A DNA stretch of 64,000 nucleotides from a virus (IMGVR_UViG_3300010167_000860:7964-71963); one strand, 5' to 3'; counted from the stretch's first letter, positions 10,658 to 19,682 are shown. The notes: generated from the sequence alone by a model not told the origin. Program-made: numbers and translations.

Positions 10658-11036
10658 TTATATTAAAAGCTACTAACAATGTAAATTTATTATTAGATAT
10701 ATCAGGAATAATCCTCCTGTTTAAATCCCCATTCTGTATAACACCTATACTCTTAAACAAAGATATTAAGTTATAATACCCAGCCTTTGAAGTTTCTATA
10801 CTCTCCATAACACAATTCCTTGTTTCTACAGAGAATAATAACTGTGGGATAAGTTTAGGTTCAGTAACCCCTTTAGAAATTTCATACCTCTTAGTTAATA
10901 AAACTGCTAAGGCTTCCATAGGTTTAGTTCCTAATTTTGAAATAGGTTCTAAAGGTTTTATAAACAGTAACCATTTCTTGTAAAAATCTAATAATGAACT
11001 ACAAGTTAAATTTATTGATGAATTACCTTTTACCAT
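10644..11036 (-). CDS. Hypothetical protein
   Basis: ORF track, 130 aa, within the operon. Confidence 0.55.
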   Translation of the reverse strand: MVKGNSSINLTCSSLLDFYKKWLLFIKPLEPISKLGTKPMEALAVLLTKRYEISKGVTEPKLIPQLLFSVETRNCVMESIETSKAGYYNLISLFKSIGVIQNGDLNRRIIPDISNNKFTLLVAFNINETD

Positions 11037-11038
11037 AA

Positions 11039-11353
11039 CTACTGATTATCTGTGTTAGTTTCCTCTTCCTCTTTAGGAGGATAAAGTATAGCTATTAATT
11101 CATTAGCCATAATTTTGTTAGCCTCTTCAGGAAAACATTCCTTATTAAATTCTATGTAGGAACACTGTAGTTTCAAACATTCTAATAATAATGATATTCT
11201 ACTTATTTTCCCAGCTTCCTGATAAGCCTTTTGTTTCCATAAATTAGCCTGCTCTTCCATCTGTAGTAAAGCATTCTTTAGTTGTTCATAAGACAACTTT
11301 TCATCTTTTTGTCCCATATTAATTATAGGAGCTTCATTCTTATTTTCTTCCAT
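11039..11353 (-). CDS. Hypothetical coiled-coil protein
   Basis: KLSYEQLKNALLQMEEQ helix; ORF track. Confidence 0.55.
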   Translation of the reverse strand: MEENKNEAPIINMGQKDEKLSYEQLKNALLQMEEQANLWKQKAYQEAGKISRISLLLECLKLQCSYIEFNKECFPEEANKIMANELIAILYPPKEEEETNTDNQ

Positions 11354-11364
11354 TTGTTTAAAAT

Positions 11365-11745
11365 TTATTCTATATTTATATGTAAATAATTTAACTCTTC
11401 TCTTGTATATTGAACTACATAATATTCACTTATCATTTCTTCAATTTCATTAGTTATACTGTCCCTATCATTCTTCTTATTTAAAAATTCCTGGTATTCT
11501 TTATACTCTTTGAGATTTTTAAATACTCTGGGAGGTTGTAAAGCCAGTCATTCAAAAATACTTCCCTCACTAATATTAGTACTTAAACAATGTTCACAAT
11601 AAGTATTGGGACATCCTTTAACAGTACTGTTTAAAGATAATATAGATAAAGACAGACATCTATTACATCATAAGACAGGTTCATCATTATACTCAGTATT
11701 TATCTGTGATGGACTGTATTCTTGCAAACATTCTTCAATTTCCAT
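11365..11745 (-). CDS. Zinc-binding protein, crAss-type (126 aa; TGA=Trp; absent from track)
   Basis: MEIEECLQ...YNDEPVL-W-CNRCLSLSI...YCEHCLSTNISEGSIFE-W-L; two CxxC pairs; two in-frame TGA. Confidence 0.75.
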
Positions 11746-11746
11746 A

Positions 11747-12139
11747 TTAAGTTCAGTTAATATTATTCAAATCCATCTTTACAGCAAATTTAGGAATTAT
11801 AGACTGCCTTGCTAATTCCTCAACAATCTTATAATCCTTATCCAAAGTTTCCTTCAATATCCATCTAACATTTCCTGTCATTTGATACTTAACTTTAACT
11901 GCTAACTCTGAAATTTCAAGGGTATAAATCTCTATTATCTCAGGAGGAGTAAATAATGGTCTTGGAGTACCATAAATAAGGTATCTATTAAGTACCTTTA
12001 AATCTTTAGTGCTTAAACTATTACTCTTACAGCAGTTCTCTATATTTTCCACAGGCACAGGTCTTTTCTTTTCTTCCTGTTTCCTTATTTTCTCATCAAT
12101 AACCTCTTCCATTGTAGGTTTTACTTTCTCTTTTTTCAT
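11747..12139 (-). CDS. Hypothetical protein (TGA read-through to TAA 11747)
   Basis: Track ORF ends at TGA 11753; read-through gives ...NINWT* with TAA-T-ATG coupling to the next gene. Confidence 0.6.
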
Positions 12140-12166
12140 AATTGTTATTTTATTTATTTTTAATTG

Positions 12167-12238
12167 CGGGCTTACAAGGCTATGCTCCCTGGACTTTAGT
12201 TTTGAAGACTAATATATTTCTGATTATACTATAAACCC
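12167..12238 (-). tRNA. Opal suppressor tRNA-Trp (anticodon UCA), non-canonical D and T loops
   Basis: GGGTTTA-TA-GTAT-AATCAGAA-ATAT-A-TTAGT-CT[TCA]AA-ACTAA-AGTC-CAGGG-AGCATAG-CCTTG-TAAGCCC-G: 7/4/5/5-bp stems, 72 nt, U33, A37, G73 discriminator; CCA not encoded. Confidence 0.85.
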
Positions 12239-12243
12239 CTATT

Positions 12244-12489
12244 TCAATATACTGTTAAAAACATTATACAATTTTTTCCATTTTTATTCTCACAAAAAAT
12301 ATGTTTCCTTTTATTATACATTATATAGTAATATACTAATGAATTTTTTCTTTCAATTACATCTATCCCTTTTTTAAACAAATCTGCTAAATATTGAAAC
12401 CTTTCTCCAGGTCTAAGATTTAGTCTTTCTTTAAGTCTGTTAGAACCGTGATTAGTTATTACTATATTCATATTACTTATTATACACAT
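12244..12489 (-). CDS. Small protein with possible BECR/DUF4258-like RNase-fold signature
   Basis: ITNHGSNRLKERL near the N-terminus, MFLTVY at the C-terminus; ends at TGA (read-through extends to TAG 12229). Confidence 0.45.
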   Translation of the reverse strand: MCIISNMNIVITNHGSNRLKERLNLRPGERFQYLADLFKKGIDVIERKNSLVYYYIMYNKRKHIFCENKNGKNCIMFLTVY

Positions 12490-12689
12490 AAACTCTTTTG
12501 AAATAATTCTTCCCTATATTTATCATAAGCCTTAGTATCTCCTAATAAAGAGTGCATATGGGGATCTATCTCCAACATAATCTTTCTTACTAAATCTCTT
12601 GAGGGATGTCCTGAGGCTTTCTGTGTAGCTTCTATAGTATAGCCTTTCCTAAGACAAGCTTTTATCTTTGTTCTTATAGATTCATTCAT
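12480..12689 (-). CDS. Hypothetical protein, possible HTH
   Basis: KACLRKGYTIEATQKASGHPSRDLVRKI. Confidence 0.45.
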   Translation of the reverse strand: MNESIRTKIKACLRKGYTIEATQKASGHPSRDLVRKIMLEIDPHMHSLLGDTKAYDKYREELFQKSLCV

Positions 12690-12784
12690 AATTGTTCTAT
12701 TTTATTAAGAAATTTTAGTTAGGAACTCTGTAATAACTCTTTTATTAAAAAAGAAAGGAGCTTAATAAACTGTTGAAAAAAAGT

Positions 12785-12818
12785 AAAAACTTCCCCCTGC
12801 TAGTTCAGGGGTTTTTCT
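12785..12818. terminator. Possible bidirectional terminator
   Basis: CCCCTG/CAGGGG stem flanked by AAAAA and TTTTT. Confidence 0.5.
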
Positions 12819-12894
12819 ATTACAAATATTCCTAACTAAAAACTTCCTAATACCATTCATAATTGTTTTATTTTTTTAAACTTCATCATTCTTG

Positions 12895-12963
12895 AAAGGA
12901 TGGCAGGATATAAACCTGCAATCTCCTGATAAAATCCAGGGCTTTAATTTAAGCTACATCCCT
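12895..12963 (-). tRNA. Degenerate tRNA-like cloverleaf (pseudo-tRNA; anticodon not assignable)
   Basis: AGGGATG/CATCCTT acceptor, GCTT/AAGC D-stem, CCTGG/TCAGG stem with a 6-nt loop ATTTTA, GCAGG/CCTGC T-stem with loop TTTATAT. Confidence 0.55.
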
Positions 12964-12976
12964 TACTACAAAAAAA

Positions 12977-13183
12977 TTATTCTTCAACTGTACTAATATT
13001 CAAAGTATCAGATTCCAAGTAAATATCTTCTAATTCCTCAGTAATCTCATAAACTTCCATCTTTACTTCTTCTTGTAGTTTACCCTTGTTATGCTGAATT
13101 ACACATAACAAGATTACTAACATTACTATTAAGCCCACTATTCCAAATATTACAGGCTTTAACCAAGTTTTTAATGTTTCCAT
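12977..13183 (-). CDS. Small bitopic membrane protein
   Basis: VIFGIVGLIVMLVILLCVI transmembrane segment followed by an acidic tail. Confidence 0.6.
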   Translation of the reverse strand: METLKTWLKPVIFGIVGLIVMLVILLCVIQHNKGKLQEEVKMEVYEITEELEDIYLESDTLNISTVEE

Positions 13184-13210
13184 TCACAAATATATTTATT
13201 AAATTTTTCA

Positions 13211-13218
13211 CAAAGGTA
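13211..13218 (-). promoter_or_regulatory. -7 box TACCTTTG heading the leftward operon that contains the suppressor tRNA
   Basis: Exact TAnnTTTG match on the minus strand. Confidence 0.55.
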
Positions 13219-13400
13219 AGGATTATTTTAATATATCCAAACATATTTTAAAATATTTTTATTGATTTTTGTTATAAATATATAAATATTATAAACACTA
13301 TATCTTTTAAGATAAAATTACGTTTACAAAATTATAACAAAAGTTTAAGAAATTGAAATGTTTAAACTATGTTTAAACTATTAGTATTATTAATTTTTAT

Positions 13401-13408
13401 TACCTTTG
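13401..13408 (+). promoter_or_regulatory. -7 box TACCTTTG immediately upstream of the half-tRNA
   Basis: Consensus match ending 5 nt before tRNA position 1. Confidence 0.6.
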
Positions 13409-13413
13409 ATTTT

Positions 13414-13452
13414 GCCTTCTTAGCTCAGCGGTAGAGCAGCTCACTCGTAATG
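13414..13452 (+). tRNA. Truncated tRNA-Thr(CGT), positions 1-40 only
   Basis: GCCTTCT-TA-GCTC-AGCGGTA-GAGC-A-GCTCA-CT[CGT]AA-TG, then unrelated A-rich sequence; no T arm or 3' acceptor strand. Confidence 0.85.
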
Positions 13453-13552
13453 GAAAAATTATATTAAAAAACACAGTATTTACACATTTTCTCCCTTATA
13501 CTTTTTGCAATAATCCATTAATTGTTTAAACTATGTTTAAACCAAAATTTTT

Positions 13553-14761
13553 ATGAGTACATCTGTTTCTATAGTATGTTATAAGTCAAAAATATTATCT
13601 AGCGGGAAACATCCCCTAATGTTGAGAATTATAAAAAACAGAAAGCCTAAGTACAAAAATTTAGGCATTTATGTATATCCTGATGAATGGGATTTTAAAA
13701 AGAATAAGCCTAAACTAAAATGTCCTAATAGGGAGGCTATACTTAATATTATACGTCAGAAAGAAACAGAAATACAAAGTGAAATAATTGAATTAAATAC
13801 TATAAATAAAGAATATACACCACAATCATTACTAAGCCCTAATAAAAAAGTTACTATAAAAACAGTTGAGGAATTATTTGAAAAAACTATAACACAATTA
13901 AAAGAAGAGAATAGGTTAAACTATGCAAGAATATTTAAACATACTAAAGGCTCAATAAAAAAATTCTGTAATAATAATCTAGATTTCTTATTTCCCAGTA
14001 TAGATGTTGAATGGCTTAGTAAATATGAACTGTGGTTAAGAAAAAACAACTGTAATGAAGTTACTATAGCCACAGTCTTTAGGATACTAAGAAGAATGTA
14101 TAATATAGCAATAACTGAAAAATGTGCTGCAAAAGATAGTTATCCTTTTAATGAATTTAAAATATCTAAATTTGATATTACAACTGAGAAAAGAGCTATT
14201 CCTAAAGAAGCTATAAAGAAAATAATAGAAACAGATGTAGAAGAAAAAGACCACTATACAAAACTTAGTAAAGACCTGTTTATATTTAGTTATCTATGTG
14301 GGGGTATAAATTATACAGACATTGCTCATCTAAAACAAAGTAACCTTGTAGATGGAAAATTAAAGTATATAAGAAAAAAAACAGGTAAGAAAATCAATAT
14401 ACCCCTATCTAATGAAACACTGGTTATTATTAACAAATATCTTACAGAGGATAATGCTTTTATTTTCCCTATATTACACAGTAAAATTCATTTAACAGAG
14501 TTACAAAAATTTAACAGACTGCATAAAGTATTAGCTAAAATAAATAATTCATTAAGAAAAGTGTCTGAACTAGCAGAAATAAAAGGAAATATAACAACCT
14601 ATGTAGCCAGACATTCCTTTGCTACAATATTAAAAAACTCAGGTGTAAATATTGCCCTTATAAGTGAAACATTAGGACACTCTGATTTAAAAACTACTCA
14701 AATATATCTTGATAGTTTTGAAAGTAGTCAGATAGGAGAAGCATTTAAAAATCTATTATAA
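13553..14761 (+). CDS. int: Tyrosine recombinase / integrase, Bacteroidetes three-domain type (arm-binding, SAM-like, catalytic)
   Basis: MSTSVSIVCYKSK...HPLMLRI arm-binding N-terminus; RKKT, YVARHSFAT, LGHS, TQIYL catalytic motifs; box I reads GGINYTD. Confidence 0.92.
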   Translation: MSTSVSIVCYKSKILSSGKHPLMLRIIKNRKPKYKNLGIYVYPDEWDFKKNKPKLKCPNREAILNIIRQKETEIQSEIIELNTINKEYTPQSLLSPNKKVTIKTVEELFEKTITQLKEENRLNYARIFKHTKGSIKKFCNNNLDFLFPSIDVEWLSKYELWLRKNNCNEVTIATVFRILRRMYNIAITEKCAAKDSYPFNEFKISKFDITTEKRAIPKEAIKKIIETDVEEKDHYTKLSKDLFIFSYLCGGINYTDIAHLKQSNLVDGKLKYIRKKTGKKINIPLSNETLVIINKYLTEDNAFIFPILHSKIHLTELQKFNRLHKVLAKINNSLRKVSELAEIKGNITTYVARHSFATILKNSGVNIALISETLGHSDLKTTQIYLDSFESSQIGEAFKNLL

Positions 14762-15097
14762 TAAAACCTCTTGGTTATCAGCCCTTATCCCCTGAATATT
14801 TTCATAGTATCTGTATAAGATACAACAGGCTATTTAAAATTCCATGCTTTGTTATCCCAAGAGGTTAAGCAAGAATCCCTATAAAGGACCCCGTATCTCC
14901 TTTAACTATGGTTAATGAGATTATCTTGTCCCAGCTAATAATATCATACTGGGAAATCCTTTACTTTCTATCCACTCTGTAAAGCTCATAAATGGATTAT
15001 AATCACTTAATATATTTCTCTCAGGCATATAGCCCTGTATAGGTGATGTATGATTATAGTTAAACTTTGTTACTAAAGTACTCATAATATTATGTTT

Positions 15098-15403
15098 TTA
15101 ATTTTTTCTTCTTTTCTTTGAACCAAGCTCTTCTTTAAGAGAACCCTTAATATTCTTAATTTTCTTTGCTATTCTCTTGGAACTTTCTTTTGGTAAAACA
15201 CCATTATTTTCAATAAAAGCCCATTCATCTCTATAATTCATTCTGGACCTGTTATAAATTACATTAGCCATATTATCTACCCCAGTCTTACCATATAATT
15301 CCCTAATATATTTCTTTCTTCTAGAATAATTTTCAGCATTCTTTTTCTTAACCATCTTGTCTACAGCTAAGTCCTTATAAATATTTGAAATTGAATATCC
15401 CAT
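15098..15403 (-). CDS. Basic hypothetical protein
   Basis: ORF track, 101 aa, Lys/Arg-rich. Confidence 0.5.
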   Translation of the reverse strand: MGYSISNIYKDLAVDKMVKKKNAENYSRRKKYIRELYGKTGVDNMANVIYNRSRMNYRDEWAFIENNGVLPKESSKRIAKKIKNIKGSLKEELGSKKRRKN

Positions 15404-15419
15404 AATTACAGTTTACTTC

Positions 15420-16310
15420 ACAATTGGGCATAGCTATCCCCTAATTATTTTATTAATAATTACTTAAAATTAAGACAATAAGAGACCCTGGCAATTTATT
15501 TCATTTTTTTACTTTTTAAAGGAAAAGCTTTATTAAAAATGTTGCCAAATGGTTTTACCCTCTGTAGTACAAGTATTATCCCCCGTTCTCTCCTTATTAT
15601 TAGTTTCCCTGAACTATCTATAATTGTGTTACTTATCTAACTCTTAACTATCCTTTCAGGTAAATGGTTAACACCCCATCTTTTTTCTACCTTACTAATT
15701 CCCTTGCCTGACCCTTCATAATACCCTTTATTCTCTTATGCTGGTAGGGACAAAGATAATCCTACTACATTAAAATTTATTTTACAAAGATAATACATTT
15801 TTTTAAAAAATGGTAAGATATAATAAAATTTATTATATGTTAGGGCAAAATTTAACATTTGAAAGTCTATTTAACATAATATAACTAAAATTAAGCCCTT
15901 ATTTGTGAGTACATATATATAAGGTATGGTATAAGGTATGTTATAAAGATAAAATATGGGGTTCTTCTCCCTTTAAATTTACCCCCATCCCTTTGTGTGT
16001 ATAGGTAAATATACCCCCTGTTCTTTATATAATACTCTTTTATGTGTATGTCTGTAAGTAAAGCAGTAAAAAAATCTCCCCTATTCTTTTATGTGGTAGT
16101 CTGTTTATAGTAAACCTTACACTTATTTATGTGATAGTCTAAAATTACATATACCCTTTTATATGTATGTCTGTCCAAGTAATTTTTTATCTATACTTGT
16201 TTATAAGGGAGTCTTTATATAAAAATACTATACTTGTTTATATGTTACTCTATCCCCAACCCCTCCCCTGCCACTATTTGCAGTGGGACTATACCCCTGT
16301 ATAACCTTTA
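15420..16310. other. Large non-coding strand-switch region (candidate origin / early-promoter region)
   Basis: ~900 nt without ORFs between divergent gene blocks; minus-strand TATCTTTG boxes at 15751-15758 and 15785-15792; repeats and C-runs. Confidence 0.55.
16038..16251 (+). repeat. Six degenerate TTTAT(G/A)TGnnnGTCT-type direct repeats (iteron-like)
   Basis: Copies start near 16038, 16087, 16126, 16157, 16200 and 16237; exact CTATACTTGTTTATA at 16191-16205 and 16228-16242. Confidence 0.65.
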
Positions 16311-16322
16311 AATTTGTATATT

Positions 16323-16658
16323 ATGGATATGGAATTTGTTGAAACTTTTACTCTTGATGAGTTCTTTGATGAATATGGTAGTACTTTCATCAAAGTAAGA
16401 ATAAATATTGCTACTAAGAAAGTTCACTTCAGATATGGAGAGGATAAAACTAACACTGGGTTAGTGAGTAAACCTTTTGTTAGTATGATAGATGAACTTT
16501 CTGAAGAAGAATTAATGAAAATTAGTTCTATTAGTCTGGTAAAATATGAGGATGATGATGGCAAGGAAATTACTAATTTAATGCTGCATCTATCTGAGGC
16601 TCAATACAAAGACCTTCTTACCTTCACTAAGAAAACTACTAAGAAAAGAGGTAAGTAA
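16323..16658 (+). CDS. crAss-type early protein (first gene of the rightward block)
   Basis: EFVETFTLDEF...IKVRINIATKKVHFRYG...TGLVS...MLHL; apparent paralogue at 19683. Confidence 0.6.
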   Translation: MDMEFVETFTLDEFFDEYGSTFIKVRINIATKKVHFRYGEDKTNTGLVSKPFVSMIDELSEEELMKISSISLVKYEDDDGKEITNLMLHLSEAQYKDLLTFTKKTTKKRGK

Positions 16659-16665
16659 CATTAAA

Positions 16666-16700
16666 TAGCAGAAGCACTATGTGCTTTTGCTTTTTTTATT
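16666..16700 (+). terminator. Intrinsic terminator
   Basis: AGCAGAAGCAC/GTGCTTTTGCT stem plus T-tract. Confidence 0.75.
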
Positions 16701-17230
16701 TTTATTATTTGCAAATAATATAAAAAAATTATTAATCTTCAATAAGATAAGTGGAGTTGCTAATTATAAACCACATCTAAAATTTAAAGCAATGTAGTAA
16801 CTGAGAAGATTATAGATTTTTATAACAGGAATAGCAATATTCCTGTTTTTTTTAATCATATTTTTCATATAATTTTTAATGCAACTGATTATTTATAATC
16901 AACTGTCCAAAGTCAGTTTATATGCAGATGGAAAATTATCTATATCTTATTACTTTATTGTGTACAGATAAAAGACAGTATTATTTTGTAACAAGGTTAA
17001 AATAGTATTTAAGATGAATTATAGAGTAGGTATTTAAGTTTGTGAAAGTTCTTGTAGGATAGCAAACATTAGAGTAATTAACTAATAACTTACCTCGATA
17101 AATCTCATATATTACTTTCTTATAGTTCTAAATGATAATAATGATAATAAAAACATTTAGAGTATAAAACAATTAAAAATCTATAGCATTTAATTGGAAA
17201 GTAATATATAAAAAAAAATTAATTATTAGC

Positions 17231-17265
17231 AAGGTAAGGGGAACATTCCTCTTACCTTTATTTTA
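17231..17265 (+). terminator. Intrinsic terminator
   Basis: AAGGTAAGGGGAA/TTCCTCTTACCTT stem plus T-rich tail. Confidence 0.65.
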
Positions 17266-17324
17266 ATGTAGCCAATGATTTATCATTGAGAGTTCAAAGC
17301 CTCTATAAATACAGATGAAAATAG

Positions 17325-17385
17325 AAGCAAATAAAAGCAAATTATACCTTTAATTTTTTAGTTATTAGCAAGTAAAATACTTTTG
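17325..17385 (+). promoter_or_regulatory. Composite promoter: AAGCAAATAAAAGCAA + N37 + TACTTTTG
   Basis: Identical motif and spacing at 22575-22635. Confidence 0.65.
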
Positions 17386-17420
17386 TAAAATGAAATATTA
17401 ACCAATAAATAAAATATATT

Positions 17421-19325
17421 ATGAGTCCTAACTATTTTAAAGCAATGCTTGACCATTTAATTGATTTATGTACAGACAATTGTAATAATTTAGAAATTAA
17501 AGAAGTAGTAAATTCATTAGAAAGACACTATACAAGTGTGTATAATAAGAGTAATAAAAGATATGATTTTTTAAATCAATTGCAATTACTTGATTTATAT
17601 GAATTTTATAATAATGGATTAATAACAATAAAAGAGGATAATTAATATCCTCTTTTTTTTAAAATTTATATATTATGAAATCTGAAATTAGTAAATTAGT
17701 TTATTATCATTCAAATCCTGAATATCATAGAGGAGGGGAAAGTGGCAATATTATAATTGCTGCATTTCTTTTAACAAATAAAAATCTTGAATATGATGAT
17801 TATTTAAAAGAATGTGCATATTATAATATTGAAAATTACAATGAAAAAGTATTTAATGAATATAAAGAAGGGATAAAATATGTTTATTAAATAATTTTTC
17901 AACATAATATTTCAACAGTTTTAAATGTATAAAATTAAACTGTTATTAATTTTACAAATAATATCTGTAAATCCTCTGTAAGCCCAAAACTAAAGTGGTG
18001 GCATTAATATACAGTTGTAAATCAGTAATTAGGAGAATAACCTAATAGTATTATAAAAAAATATCCTGAGTAAGATATAAAACTGCTCATTGTTTAATTT
18101 GATTATTAACACTTTAAATAAATATATTATGCAAATAATACATCAGCCTTATAAATTAACAAGAAATATTCTATATACTACATTTAATGAATTAACAGGA
18201 GAAAATAATTTTATAGAGTTAGATAATTTTTTCATAAAATATAAAGATTTAGGCATTACTCATAAACTGATTTTTAGTAAAAGAGAGTGGTTACATGCAA
18301 GTCATACTTATGAAAATATAAAAGATGAATTATCACGTAATTTTGATAAACACTTGGAAGAACATAATAAATATGCTGCTGGACTATCTTTTAATATAAA
18401 TATTACTGATAGGTTTTTAAATGATTCAGAAGAATTAGAAATTACAGTTGATGTTTATAATGTACAAATAAAAGATTAAAATATTAACACTTTAAATAAA
18501 TAAATATTATGGAAGAACTTTTAACTAATCTCAATAGAAATTATAAATCTATTGCAGATTATAGAAAATTACTGGTATATAATTGTGATAAATGGTTAGA
18601 TGAATATAATCAACATTTTTATATCTCAGGTTATACAACCATATTAACTGGAGTAGAACAATTAGAAAGAGAATATTGTTCTAAAAAGGCTATTAAATCA
18701 TTTTTAGCTGGTATAGATAATATGGTTAGTGAGATTTATTTATTCTATCAATTACAGGAGAAAGAAGATGAGGAAATAGAAAGAATAAATAGATGTAAAA
18801 AAAGAGATTTACATATGCAGGAAATTGCTGATAAGGTAGCTAAAATGCCTTATATAGGTCATTTTATACCTTCAGATAATTCTACAGATTGTCAAGAATT
18901 AGAGCAATCTTTAGATGATAACTATGAACCTTGTGAAGGAGATTATTATCAAAATAAGGAGGAACAGGGCTATGAATAAATCTTATTTTATACAATTTAC
19001 ATTAAAAGCCATATTAGTTATAATAATGTGGCTTTTATGTTCTTTTACAGTGATACATTGTTTTAATATACATAGGGCAGATATAGAAGAGGAATATTCC
19101 TATAAATATGTATTAACAGATGGATTATTAGAATATGTAGTTACTGATATGGATGGAGAATATTATGATAATATTATTGATAATTTAACTACTCTGGTTA
19201 ATAATAATATATTATCATATATTGAATATACAGATATACTTGCTGTAATCTTATATAAACTACAGCAAGATATATTATGGGAAGATATTAATTTGGATGA
19301 TATAATTGATTCAGTTGATATTTAA
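17421..19325 (+). CDS. Cluster of five small early hypothetical genes (17421-17645, 17675-17890, 18129-18479, 18509-18979, 18972-19325)
   Basis: ORF track with starts adjusted to ATGs after A-rich leaders; the last has an N-terminal transmembrane segment; terminator hairpins at 17630-17660 and 19354-19383. Confidence 0.55.
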
Positions 19326-19682
19326 TTAATAAAATTTTTTGGATTTGTTTTTTCAGGGGGTATAGAAATATATCCCCTTTTTTAACCTTTAAATTAATGA
19401 ATTATGAGAACCAGAACTATTAGTAAATCCTACGGAGAAAGGTTTAAATTAATAGGCATAGTAAGAGAGAAAAATGATTTTAGATTTACATCTATACCAC
19501 AATATAATACTCATTTATCTTTCAAACAGGTGTGTAGTATGGCTAATATAGCCACTAATAATGTATGTTTTAAATAAATCCTATCTATTAATCTATATAA
19601 CAACAGGTTGATAGTTAGTCTTTATATTTTTATAGTTAATTTTTATTTTTTAATCTTAATTTTAATCTTAATTTTTATTATT

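Larger units (their letters stand above)
13359..13544. mobile_element. attP-like site: 5' half tRNA-Thr(CGT) core flanked by tandem 11-bp arm repeats
   Basis: TGTTTAAACTA x2 at 13359-13380; TGTTTAAACTA/TGTTTAAACCA at 13523-13544; core at 13414-13452; integrase ATG at 13553. Confidence 0.8.

Noticed and set aside
12167-12238. UCA tRNA as tRNA-Sec
   Set aside because: 72 nt, 7-bp acceptor and 4-nt variable loop, unlike the long-armed ~90-nt tRNA-Sec; TGAs are numerous and at Trp rather than Cys positions.
14926-15085. 54-aa minus-strand ORF MSTLVTKFNY...AGTR
   Set aside because: Short, no motifs or other support; left unannotated.
16038-16251. Possible CRISPR array
   Set aside because: Repeats are short, degenerate and irregularly spaced; no cas genes nearby.
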